IMG/VR virus record: IMGVR_UViG_3300032321_000593
Coordinates: 1 to 25,366 of that record
Direction: 5' to 3' (one strand)
Origin: a virus
Lineage: Duplodnaviria; Caudoviricetes
Length of the DNA: 25,366 bases
The position numbers were made by a program, and so were the translations under genes. Shown piece after piece: positions 17,479-25,366 of the stretch (position 1 is its first letter; each line of letters starts with the position of its first letter). The notes beneath the pieces are model-generated. The model ran no database searches. It was given only the letters and a program-made list of their open reading frames with translations, and was not told the origin of the DNA.

Positions 17479-17732
17479 TTAAAATTTAATAATCGGTTGG
17501 GGGGTGTTGATTACTGGCTTTCACCTTGTAAATAAAATTGCTTTCAATTTCTCAACCATGAAAGCTGCTTCAGAACGTTTACCATCCCAATAGTGGTATT
17601 GGTAAGTTTCATAATTGTACAGATTGCTACTATTGTAAAATTCAGCCACCCTTAGTTCCATTTCTTCAATTAAATCATTCAATGTTTTTTCATCCATCAT
17701 GTAAATTTTTAAAAGTTAATAATAGGTTGTGG
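17479..17732. repeat. Imperfect 24-bp direct repeat flanking a small ORF
   Basis: TTAAAAtTTAATAATcGGTTGgGG (17479-17502) vs TTAAAAgTTAATAATaGGTTGtGG (17709-17732), 21/24 identical. Confidence 0.75.
17521..17700 (-). CDS. Hypothetical 59-aa protein (not in ORF track)
   Basis: Manual translation MMDEKTLNDLIEEMELRVAEFYNSSNLYNYETYQYHYWDGKRSEAAFMVEKLKAILFTR; A-rich start context; fills an otherwise empty gap. Confidence 0.75.
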   Translation of the reverse strand: MMDEKTLNDLIEEMELRVAEFYNSSNLYNYETYQYHYWDGKRSEAAFMVEKLKAILFTR

Positions 17733-17775
17733 AATCATAGTACAGTAGTCAGGTTCAACCTGATAAACATGAATT

Positions 17776-18270
17776 TTATATTTTAATTTCTTCTTCTAAC
17801 TTGTAAAGCATTTTTACAAGTTGGTTAATTTGCGCAGCACTTGCAGCACTTGCAGCCCTTGCATCACTTGCAGCAGCCCTTGCATCCCATGCAGCACTTG
17901 CAGCAGCCCATGCAGCAGCACTTGCAGCAGCCCATGCAGCAGCACTTGCATCAGCCCATGCAGCAGACAATTCTTCATCTGTAGCTTTACCGTTGGCGTA
18001 TTTTTCCGCAACATTACAAGCCTCAATACTTCTTTCATCAGGTTTATCTACCAGCTTCAATGCTTCTCTTGCACACCATACAGCGAATAAACGTAATGTC
18101 TTTGCATCAATAAACTTGTCTCGAAGTACAACCCAAAATCTGTCTTTAGCCGGGCAATTCTCCACGTTTAAAATATCTATTACCGTACCCGTCCAGTTTT
18201 CGGGTAAAAACTTTGCAGGGTCGTAGCATGGGTTTAAATCTCTGATTTCCTGTAGTGTGATTTGTTTCAT
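17776..18270 (-). CDS. Imm5-like helical protein with Ala/Trp repeat tail
   Basis: LRLFAVWCAREAL..DERSIEACNVAEKYANG..EELSAAW pattern resembles the Imm-5-like domain; AAAWAAAS repeats. Confidence 0.6.
   Translation of the reverse strand: MKQITLQEIRDLNPCYDPAKFLPENWTGTVIDILNVENCPAKDRFWVVLRDKFIDAKTLRLFAVWCAREALKLVDKPDERSIEACNVAEKYANGKATDEELSAAWADASAAAWAAASAAAWAAASAAWDARAAASDARAASAASAAQINQLVKMLYKLEEEIKI
17834..17966. repeat. Coding tandem repeat (24/21/9-bp GCA-rich units)
   Basis: GCAGCAGCACTTGCAGCAGCCCAT units and degenerate shorter variants. Confidence 0.9.
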
Positions 18271-18298
18271 TTTTATTTATTGTTTTAAAAGGTTTACT

Positions 18299-18712
18299 TT
18301 AACCAATATGATTTATAATTGTGTGTATATCGCTTCCAAAATCCCTGTAATTTTTAGCCGTGTATCTCAGCACTTTCCATCCGTTGAGCTGTGCCAGGTT
18401 ATACTTGATGCAATCCATCGTGAAACCCTCAATCGTTGTGTGCCGGCTTTTCTCGCTCATTAATCCTTCGTACTCAATGCCAACTTTTATATCCAGAATG
18501 GCAATATCAAACCTGAACTTTCTCATCTCATGGAAACGGTGCTCAGTAACATACTCGATACCCATTGCGTGCAATATCAGGCACATTTCTCCGATGGCAG
18601 CCGGCACCTTCTTGACCGATTTCACTTTTACTGCAGGCACAATAACCGTCTCCACACCATCAACCTTTAAGCCCGTCCGCTTCACATCATCTATAGTCCA
18701 TCGCTTCTTCAT
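18299..18712 (-). CDS. Vsr/DUF559-like PD-(D/E)XK endonuclease
   Basis: EHRFH..RKFRFDIA...KVGIEYEG...H...KYNLAQLNGWKVLRYT. Confidence 0.85.
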   Translation of the reverse strand: MKKRWTIDDVKRTGLKVDGVETVIVPAVKVKSVKKVPAAIGEMCLILHAMGIEYVTEHRFHEMRKFRFDIAILDIKVGIEYEGLMSEKSRHTTIEGFTMDCIKYNLAQLNGWKVLRYTAKNYRDFGSDIHTIINHIG

Positions 18713-18938
18713 ACTGGTTCATTTTGCTTGGTGCTACAAGAACAATTTCATAGACGCCCTTGTATTTCAGTATTGCATTCAGGTGCCTGATCCTCATCTT
18801 TTCAGCCTCGTGATGCAAATAAGATTCCCTGATTTTGATGTTATCCTGCCATGATAAATTCTCATCGGTACCCGGCAGCTCCACATCCACTTCGGTCAGA
18901 TAAACTCCATTCAGCGATAAAATCAGGCGTACTTTCAT
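18687..18938 (-). CDS. Hypothetical protein (83 aa)
   Basis: Co-oriented ORF with A-rich start. Confidence 0.7.
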   Translation of the reverse strand: MKVRLILSLNGVYLTEVDVELPGTDENLSWQDNIKIRESYLHHEAEKMRIRHLNAILKYKGVYEIVLVAPSKMNQYEEAMDYR

Positions 18939-18958
18939 ACTATTTTTTATAAGTACCT

Positions 18959-19201
18959 CTAAGGTTTGATTTTAAGAACGTGACGATCGTTAATATATCG
19001 TTCATCTCGTCCGTGAAAACCTTGGTATTTTAGCCCGTCGTCGAACATTATACCTTCTCCTATTTTCAGGTGGTCAACCAGAACCCATGATCCTCCGTAG
19101 TTTTCTTCAAGCTGTTTCATAATTTCCCGGGAGTATTCTCTTGGTGCATCAATTGCAAATTTTCTGGTGCCCCGATGCTCGGCAAAAACTAATGTGTACA
19201 T
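18959..19201 (-). CDS. Hypothetical protein (80 aa from MYTLVF)
   Basis: Co-oriented ORF; start at 19201 avoids overlap, alternative 19237. Confidence 0.6.
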   Translation of the reverse strand: MYTLVFAEHRGTRKFAIDAPREYSREIMKQLEENYGGSWVLVDHLKIGEGIMFDDGLKYQGFHGRDERYINDRHVLKIKP

Positions 19202-19208
19202 ATTGGTG

Positions 19209-19835
19209 TTATTTTGTTGAAAGATTGTTATCAGCATTGTTGTTATACTCCCAAATTACTTTTTGGATACTCACCTCATTTTCATCTGTAGAGCTTGAAA
19301 GACGGTCATGATCATACCCTGGCTTATGCTTTAAGTTTTCATCTTCACGATGCCTGTAAACTACCAGATGCCTTTCTTCCCGATACTTATCCAGCATTTC
19401 AAAAATTACGTGCTGATCAATATGGTCAAGTACCCTTCCATACTTACCCTGCTTTGCTCCTTCGAAGAAAATAACAAGGTCATTCAAGCTTAGCCGGTCT
19501 TCTTCTGCAGAACTGATGATAGCAAGTGCACAATCTGCAATCTGTGTGGCAGTCATGGGCCTGATCACTGTGTAACTATTCTGAAATTTTGTGACCTCAG
19601 CCATCACCAGTGCCGATAATGTGCGCAATCCTATCTTATCAACAAGATCTGGTATCCTTTCGCCAACTGATAACAAAGCCGGGTAATTGGGTTGATTAGT
19701 AACAGTGAAGTGCTTAACCATTTTATACCGGCTTATCGGATCGCCGCTCGCCAAACATTGCAGTGTGCGCTTGCATAAGGTCGTTACCGGTAACAGGCTG
19801 ATTTCTCCTTTGCTGAGAATGATTTGCTGCTCCAT
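19209..19835 (-). CDS. Replication accessory protein, possible helicase loader/inhibitor
   Basis: Follows the initiator; DLVIFFEGAKQGKYGRVLDHID motif; ATG at 19835 has an A-rich context and overlaps the initiator by 113 nt; alternative start 19721. Confidence 0.55.
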   Translation of the reverse strand: MEQQIILSKGEISLLPVTTLCKRTLQCLASGDPISRYKMVKHFTVTNQPNYPALLSVGERIPDLVDKIGLRTLSALVMAEVTKFQNSYTVIRPMTATQIADCALAIISSAEEDRLSLNDLVIFFEGAKQGKYGRVLDHIDQHVIFEMLDKYREERHLVVYRHREDENLKHKPGYDHDRLSSSTDENEVSIQKVIWEYNNNADNNLSTK

Positions 19836-20511
19836 TTGATTGATTTTTAAGTTCAAAAAATCCTTTCCATCCGTTAGCAACCGATTGATTAATGACTGCT
19901 ATTGCTGTTGATTTTTGCCCGCCAGATTTTCTTACCAAATCCGAGAGCGAGGCCTGTTCTGATTGGGGGGATTTGTACTGAAATTTATGCTCCACCCGCT
20001 TGTAATCCTTCCACTGTTCCCAATGGTTTTTGAAATCATCATCGAATGGATAAATAATTTCAACTACAGGCGGAGCGTTTCCTTTCCCTTCCTTTCCCTT
20101 CCTTTCCTTTCCCTTCCCTTCCTGTTCTCCCGGATGCTCCCCAAATGTTTCCCCAATGTTTCCCAGTTGTTTCTCTCCTCCTGTAATCGCCGGAAACTTA
20201 CTATCAGTCTCGCTTTCTTTCCCTGTGATGCGCTGATGAGTTGTGAAATTGATAATCTGAATCACTTTCAGTTCGCCAACTTCATATCTTTCAATGAAGC
20301 CTGCACTTTGAAGCCGTGACAGTTCTTTATCACAATCAAGGTTATCGTAGGGGAACAATTCAACTTTAATCCTCTTGGGTCGATCCTCCAAGCGCCCTTC
20401 CTTGTCGGCCAGTGTCCACAGTCCGATGAAAAGGAGCCGTGCGCTCATGGGCAGATCGGCTAATTGTTCATTTTTGAAAAACTCGGGTTTGATAGTCCGT
20501 ATCCTTGCCAT
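19723..20511 (-). CDS. Phage replication initiator / replisome organiser
   Basis: MARIRTIKPEFF..ARLLFIGLWTLADKEGR N-terminus, low-complexity linker, C-terminal W..YK....INQSVANGWKGFF domain. Confidence 0.85.
   Translation of the reverse strand: MARIRTIKPEFFKNEQLADLPMSARLLFIGLWTLADKEGRLEDRPKRIKVELFPYDNLDCDKELSRLQSAGFIERYEVGELKVIQIINFTTHQRITGKESETDSKFPAITGGEKQLGNIGETFGEHPGEQEGKGKERKGKEGKGNAPPVVEIIYPFDDDFKNHWEQWKDYKRVEHKFQYKSPQSEQASLSDLVRKSGGQKSTAIAVINQSVANGWKGFFELKNQSNGAANHSQQRRNQPVTGNDLMQAHTAMFGERRSDKPV
20078..20172. repeat. Putative replication origin: pyrimidine tract plus three ~11-bp iterons
   Basis: 46-nt C/T-only tract of CCTTT/CCCTT units (20078-20123); CCCCAAATGTTT, CCCCAATGTTT, CCCAGTTGTTT (20139-20172) in the initiator linker. 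Confidence 0.6.
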
Positions 20512-20528
20512 ACTTATTGAAGTAAATT

Positions 20529-20915
20529 TTATCCTGTGAAAATTATAGGCCAGAGTTCAACCTTGCCAACTTTTGTGCAGTTACTGCTGATGGTAGCCGA
20601 TGTGATTTTATCGCTTGAGAACTCCATTGCCTCAACGATAGCATTTTTGAGGCTGATGTTATTAAAGCCCAACATTGCTGTTGTTTTATTTAACAACCTT
20701 AAATCAAAGCCATCGGCATCTTTATGAATGTACCAGTTGATAGGATCATCAGCATCCTGAGAAATACCAACCTTGTCTTTTTCAGATAACTTCATAAGCT
20801 CTGAAACTTTCCTGTTTAAAGAAAAAACGCCTTTTGGACTGATGTTTAGCCTTGGCGTTAAACTACTTTGCCTCTCATTGGGCATTGTGGTTTTGTTGAA
20901 TGTTTGGAGGTTCAT
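20529..20915 (-). CDS. Hypothetical protein, possible AbrB-like fold
   Basis: ISPKGVFSLNRKVSELMKLSEKDKV loosely fits the swapped-hairpin pattern; ATGA-coupled. Confidence 0.55.
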   Translation of the reverse strand: MNLQTFNKTTMPNERQSSLTPRLNISPKGVFSLNRKVSELMKLSEKDKVGISQDADDPINWYIHKDADGFDLRLLNKTTAMLGFNNISLKNAIVEAMEFSSDKITSATISSNCTKVGKVELWPIIFTG

Positions 20916-21298
20916 AATTGAAAAAGTGAATTTTGGTTTGATAATAAATGTTTAAATCGTTTATGTAATGGAGCAAAATTGCTCATGATCTCTATTGCCC
21001 TTCCGTGGTTTGATTCCCATACTTTTTTCATTTCGTTTTCATCTGTACTGAACCAGTAACCACCCTGATCTGAAAGAATAAATCCCGGTGCACACAAATC
21101 ATTGCGCCTGATGTAACCGATAATTTGCCTCAGCTCTGCATCCCCGATGGCAAAGCCTCTTTCTCTGAGCTTTACAACTATCTCATTTGACTTAATCTTT
21201 CTCTCTGCACTGTTGTAATTGCTTGTAAGAGATACCACCAGCAACCGGGCTGCCCGGATATGCTTCTCACTGATCATATCGTCAACCCAGGTTCTCAT
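20912..21298 (-). CDS. Winged-helix DNA-binding protein (putative)
   Basis: IKSNEIV..L...IGDAELRQIIGYIR...ILSDQGGYW helix-turn-helix-wing pattern. Confidence 0.6.
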   Translation of the reverse strand: MRTWVDDMISEKHIRAARLLVVSLTSNYNSAERKIKSNEIVVKLRERGFAIGDAELRQIIGYIRRNDLCAPGFILSDQGGYWFSTDENEMKKVWESNHGRAIEIMSNFAPLHKRFKHLLSNQNSLFQL

Positions 21299-22953
21299 TT
21301 CTTCCCACTAAATAATCCAATTAAATCATCTACCATACTCATCTCAGTTTGTATGTCATTCTCTGCTCCGGTCACCTGTGCGACCATAGCCCGCTTTTTC
21401 TCAATGATATTGTAGATGTACTCATCAATAGTATTCTGTCCCAGCAGGTAGGTACACTGCACACTGTTTTTCTGCCCGATACGCCAAGCTCTATCCTCTG
21501 CCTGATCAGCGTGCGCCGGATGCCAAGGGAGCTCAATGAAGGCCACCCTTGATGATGCAGTAAGGGTAATGCCTACGCCACCGGATTGAATGTTGCAAAT
21601 GATCACTTGGCAGTTAGGGTTCTTCTGGAAAGCATCCACGTTCCTTTGCCGCTGATCCATGCTATCATCCCCGATAACCGTAACGGATCCTGGAATAGCC
21701 TGTTTCAATTCAGCCACAACGTCTTTATGAGTAGCGAAAACGATAATCTTTTCGCCGGCTTCCACCACTTCACGGATTTGCTCAATCATTGCATCAATCT
21801 TTCCTTTTGCAGATAGCTTTTTCAGGATACCCATCTGAACCATCGCTTCACCACGGAGAGCAGTAGTAATCTCACCCTCGCTTTTATTCAGGTTCTCTCT
21901 AAGGAAATTGATGAAGTCCGCCTGAGCTTTGTTGTAGTCTTTCTGATTAGTGATTTCACATGAAACAATTTGCCTCATCTTATCAGGCAAGTCATTGAGT
22001 ACATCCTTTTTTAACCGGCGGAAAAAACAGGTTTTGTTGAGCAGGAAGTTCAGCTCTTTAAGGTTCGATGATTGGTTGTAACCCTGGCAAAAGCGGTCGG
22101 TAAATCCTTTGTATCCTCCAAATTCAGTCAGCCGGCCAATTATTTGGAGCTGAGCCAGTAAATCAATCGGCTTGTTTACAACAGGCGTACCGGTCAGCCC
22201 GATTACATACTCCTTGCCTCTTGTGATACCCATGCAGAATTTACTGAGCTGGGTTTTATAGTCTTTTGTTCTGTGTAGCTCATCTATAACAACGGCATCA
22301 AACAGATCTATTGTTTCTTTGAAAACAATATGGTTTAAGCGAAGCGGTTTATCCTCCGGCTTATTAATTTCCTGAATGAAGTATTTTTTTAGGGATTCAT
22401 AGTTGCATATAAACACATTGATCATTCCCACCTTGTAATACTGAGGCCATGTGTTCTTTACCCGGTCATTAAGCACCATAGCTTCTTTTCCTGTCCACAT
22501 CTTCCATTCCCGCTTCCAGTTCTCTTTCAGGGTAGCCGGGCAGATTACCAGAATACACTTTGCGCCGGCACCGGTGAGGGTAGCAATGGTTTGTGCAGTT
22601 TTACCAAGGCCCATATCATCGCCATTGATGATCCGCTTCTTCTCTATGCCGTATGCCACACCATTGCGCTGATAAGGAAACAGATTCATCTTTAACGGGA
22701 TATCGATGGTAAGTTCTGGAAGCGGCTCTATGTCCCCGATTTCCTGCGTTGCGGGCTTTGTAGATACATTGCCATTGATGCCTTTTGCCCAATTAAGAAG
22801 AGCTCCACCGCTACTGGCTGGCACCCACCAAAACTTCTTGCCATCGTTCTGGCGAAAGCCAGCTCCTGGAATTTGTTTGATAGCTTCCACCAACCAGGGT
22901 TTGTACTGGAAGGTGACCTGATATCCGTTATTGGTTTCTAAAATATCGAGCAT
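21295..22953 (-). CDS. SNF2-family helicase with N-terminal HARP-like domain
   Basis: GDDMGLGKT, DELH, LTGTP, GVGITLT and QAEDRAWRIGQ motifs; N-terminal F.Y...LVEAIKQIPG..F....KFWWVP. Confidence 0.92.
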   Translation of the reverse strand: MLDILETNNGYQVTFQYKPWLVEAIKQIPGAGFRQNDGKKFWWVPASSGGALLNWAKGINGNVSTKPATQEIGDIEPLPELTIDIPLKMNLFPYQRNGVAYGIEKKRIINGDDMGLGKTAQTIATLTGAGAKCILVICPATLKENWKREWKMWTGKEAMVLNDRVKNTWPQYYKVGMINVFICNYESLKKYFIQEINKPEDKPLRLNHIVFKETIDLFDAVVIDELHRTKDYKTQLSKFCMGITRGKEYVIGLTGTPVVNKPIDLLAQLQIIGRLTEFGGYKGFTDRFCQGYNQSSNLKELNFLLNKTCFFRRLKKDVLNDLPDKMRQIVSCEITNQKDYNKAQADFINFLRENLNKSEGEITTALRGEAMVQMGILKKLSAKGKIDAMIEQIREVVEAGEKIIVFATHKDVVAELKQAIPGSVTVIGDDSMDQRQRNVDAFQKNPNCQVIICNIQSGGVGITLTASSRVAFIELPWHPAHADQAEDRAWRIGQKNSVQCTYLLGQNTIDEYIYNIIEKKRAMVAQVTGAENDIQTEMSMVDDLIGLFSGKK

Positions 22954-22955
22954 GA

Positions 22956-24533
22956 TTAATCGGCTTCTACTGGTTGTATTTCTTTTAGGATTTCGCTGTT
23001 TCCATTGCGGTATTCGTCAAGGATACTGTACAGGTTAAGGCCCAGAGGCTGCAACTCTTTTGCAAATTCAGCCGAATCTTCCTTATCATTAACGCCGTAC
23101 TGAACCGTATCAAGAGATTTCAGCACCTCAATCAGCGTAACCATTTTTGGGAGCATAATCTCAGATACATGATTATGCAGATAAGCTTTTATGCTTGTTT
23201 TTACACAATGATCAACCTGTTCATCATCTTCAGGATCCTTGATTTTTTCAATGTCGAGAATCTTAAAAACTATTTCCTGCAGATTTTCTTCAAGACGCCA
23301 GAACTTATCAGCGATATATTCTTTTATAAGTTCATTGAGGTTTTTATCCGGGAATGAATCGCTCTGCATCTCATACTTATTGCAGATTTTTGTAGCAATG
23401 AGCTCACAGAATTCCTCCTCATGGTTAACGTAAGTTGATTTACTACTTTTTGTAATCCCATTACCTTGATTATCATCCTCATCATTATCCTGCTCTTCCT
23501 GCTCTTCCTCTTCCGCTTCCAGATAAATGATATCACCCACTTTTCGCTCATCCCATGTTAGCGCTTCAACGATGATGCCTACGGTATCGGTTTCCTCTTC
23601 ACTTTCAATAAGCTGCCAATCTTTCTTGCCTTTAATAAGCGGATCGCTGGATTGATATTTTGCAGTGATCATCACAACCGACTTGCCGGCTTTTTTAAGC
23701 TCCTCGATTTTCTGCTCAACAAAGGCGTTCACCTTAGAATTGTAACAAGCCTCATCAAGGCATAGATCATCCTGGCGAACATCTTCGAACAGCACAAGTC
23801 TGCAACCGGTTCTTTTGGTGCAATCCATACAGCTACCGGCTTTCTTCACCAGCTTTTTACTGTTGATATCAAAAGGTGCATCTTCCAGCTTCAAATCGAA
23901 CTTGGAAAGGATCTCTTGTTTGATATCATCAACTGATAAATCATCATCATCTTGCACAGAGATCCAGAGCTTCATCTGATCATCGTAGGGCAACCTGGCA
24001 AACTGCTTGCCGTGGCTGATGGAAAACTTTCCTTCGCGAATAAGATTCTGCACATCTTCAATTACCCGCTGCAGAATCAACCGGTCATACACATAGCGAA
24101 CACTGGTGCCGAGCTTTTCAGCAATCAGTTCCGGTGTGCTGATGCCTCTTTTTACAAGCTGCTCAAAGGCATCGCTCTCTTCCATCGCATTGATGTTCTT
24201 GCGCTGCAGGTTCTCTGTAATCTGCATTTCCAGTACAGTATCTGCAGGAAGCTTGTCATAAACCATACACGGCACTTCTGTAAGCCCGGCAAGCTCTGCA
24301 GCTTTCAGCCTGCGTTCTCCGCAAATAAGTTCGAAAGAAATATCTCCATCCGACTTGTGTACCACTAAGGGCTGCAGAATACCTATTTGCTTGATGCTGT
24401 TGGATAGTTCAAGGATATCATCTAAATGAAAATGCCTCCTCGTGTTGCTCACTACATCAATTGCCGTGATTCTAATTGGAACCAGCACTCCACGATGCTG
24501 CTCTTTTTCTTTTGGGGCTTTTACTTTTGCCAT
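22956..24533 (-). CDS. parB: ParB/RepB/Spo0J-family protein with Cys cluster and acidic C-terminal region
   Basis: SIKQIGILQPLVV, GERRLKA, ENLQR, HTH, CMDC...C....C. Confidence 0.9.
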   Translation of the reverse strand: MAKVKAPKEKEQHRGVLVPIRITAIDVVSNTRRHFHLDDILELSNSIKQIGILQPLVVHKSDGDISFELICGERRLKAAELAGLTEVPCMVYDKLPADTVLEMQITENLQRKNINAMEESDAFEQLVKRGISTPELIAEKLGTSVRYVYDRLILQRVIEDVQNLIREGKFSISHGKQFARLPYDDQMKLWISVQDDDDLSVDDIKQEILSKFDLKLEDAPFDINSKKLVKKAGSCMDCTKRTGCRLVLFEDVRQDDLCLDEACYNSKVNAFVEQKIEELKKAGKSVVMITAKYQSSDPLIKGKKDWQLIESEEETDTVGIIVEALTWDERKVGDIIYLEAEEEEQEEQDNDEDDNQGNGITKSSKSTYVNHEEEFCELIATKICNKYEMQSDSFPDKNLNELIKEYIADKFWRLEENLQEIVFKILDIEKIKDPEDDEQVDHCVKTSIKAYLHNHVSEIMLPKMVTLIEVLKSLDTVQYGVNDKEDSAEFAKELQPLGLNLYSILDEYRNGNSEILKEIQPVEAD

Positions 24534-24554
24534 AAAATATTTTTTGGACGGTTA

Positions 24555-25061
24555 TTAATTTGTTTCTTCAACTACAAGATCATCCTCCGGGAACAGTTCC
24601 ATCTGCGCTTCTGGTGCCCGCTTGCCATCAAAGAGATATTGCTCAATCTCATACACACAGCTCTCAATACAAGCACCCAGCTCGCTAATAAACGGATAGT
24701 CGGATGCCTCATACTTTGTGAAAGGAGTATTGAGATTCACTGTGCCATACTTACCCTCCTTGCTTCCAGAAATGGTCACACCCTCATTTTCCGCATTACC
24801 ACCCACACTAAAACCACCTACAGAAAATTCCGGATAGGACACCCCTTCAAGGTCACCACGCTTTGGCGTCTTTACTTCATCACAGAGAATGGCCAAATGA
24901 ACATGGAGCTGCTCGAATGCGTGCTTCATATCTTCATGCACTGGCACTGTGCTGGATAGCTTAGTATCCTTTTTGTTGTGGCCAGGTAGTTCCTCGGTGT
25001 ATTCCACTTCCAGGAACATTGAATCTTTGATCTTAGCTTTTTTTATTTTTACTTTTTCCAT
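24555..25061 (-). CDS. Hypothetical phage protein (168 aa), acidic tail with QMELF
   Basis: TGATG-coupled ORF. Confidence 0.8.
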   Translation of the reverse strand: MEKVKIKKAKIKDSMFLEVEYTEELPGHNKKDTKLSSTVPVHEDMKHAFEQLHVHLAILCDEVKTPKRGDLEGVSYPEFSVGGFSVGGNAENEGVTISGSKEGKYGTVNLNTPFTKYEASDYPFISELGACIESCVYEIEQYLFDGKRAPEAQMELFPEDDLVVEETN

Positions 25062-25345
25062 CAGAATAGTGTGTTTTGATTTTTGGGAGCTGCTTTCTTT
25101 TTCGTTGCCGGCTCCCGGTTTATAATTGGTTTATTGTTTGGTGCTGCAGTATCGGGTGCAGCTTCATGAATTACTTTTTCTTCTGTCAGGGATTCAGGCT
25201 TCACGGCAAACCTGTGGTTATCAATCAGCCGTTCCACAATTAGCACTCCTGTATAATCCGCTATCACTTTTACCTCATCTCCGGCACTTCCATACTTCAC
25301 ACTTGGCTTCATCGTGCTGAATATGTCAATCTTTAGTTTCAGCAT
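25061..25345 (-). CDS. Hypothetical protein (94 aa from MLKLK; may extend beyond window)
   Basis: Frame is open to the window edge; first ATG at 25345; ends QNTLF. Confidence 0.65.
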   Translation of the reverse strand: MLKLKIDIFSTMKPSVKYGSAGDEVKVIADYTGVLIVERLIDNHRFAVKPESLTEEKVIHEAAPDTAAPNNKPIINREPATKKKAAPKNQNTLF

Positions 25346-25366
25346 TTCTCTATCTCGTTTTCCCAA

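Larger units (their letters stand above)
1..25366 (-). mobile_element. Segment of a siphovirus-like phage/prophage, probably infecting Bacteroidota
   Basis: Co-oriented replication, terminase, portal, scaffold, capsid, tail and tape measure genes; no sheath gene; TAnnTTTG boxes and A-rich SD-less starts. Confidence 0.95.

Noticed and set aside
17834-17966. CRISPR-like array
   Set aside because: Repeats are contiguous with no unique spacers, lie in a coding frame, and no cas genes are present
17814-18226. Alternative-frame repeat ORFs (LLHGLLQV, CSSPCSST)
   Set aside because: Shadow translations of the GCA-rich coding repeat
1906-25320. Numerous + strand ORFs in the track
   Set aside because: All are antisense shadows of well-supported minus-strand genes with no recognisable motifs
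1-25366. Stop-codon reassignment or a diversity-generating retroelement
   Set aside because: Genes are intact under the standard code with TAA, TGA and TAG all used as stops; no reverse transcriptase or adenine-variable repeat pair was seen

Overview
The whole window is part of a tailed dsDNA phage or prophage genome, with essentially every gene on the minus strand and tightly coupled by ATGA/TAATG/TGATG overlaps. Reading in transcription order (right to left): an early/replication module (ParB-like protein, SNF2/HARP-like helicase, replication initiator with internal iteron-like repeats, probable helicase loader, Vsr/DUF559-like nuclease), a short accessory island (Imm5-like Ala-repeat protein, an unlisted 59-aa ORF, a probable Acb2/Tad1-type nucleotide sponge, an HTH protein), a packaging/head module (TerS, TerL, portal, scaffold, major capsid), and neck and non-contractile tail genes (major tail, tape measure, two tail-tip proteins). 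TAnnTTTG promoter boxes, A-rich translation starts without Shine-Dalgarno sequences and a Q+1 signal peptide point to a Bacteroidota host (inference). No integrase or lysis genes lie in the window, so lifestyle cannot be decided. The most striking signals are non-coding. (1) A ~110-nt structured RNA on the otherwise gene-free + strand, with its own promoter box and terminator, converges on the sponge gene. (2) A four-way-junction leader with three hairpins sharing an AAGAYRYM loop lies upstream of the major capsid gene, just behind a terminator. (3) A compact H-type pseudoknot ends 10 nt before the sponge start codon. All product calls are from motif recognition and synteny; no searches were run.
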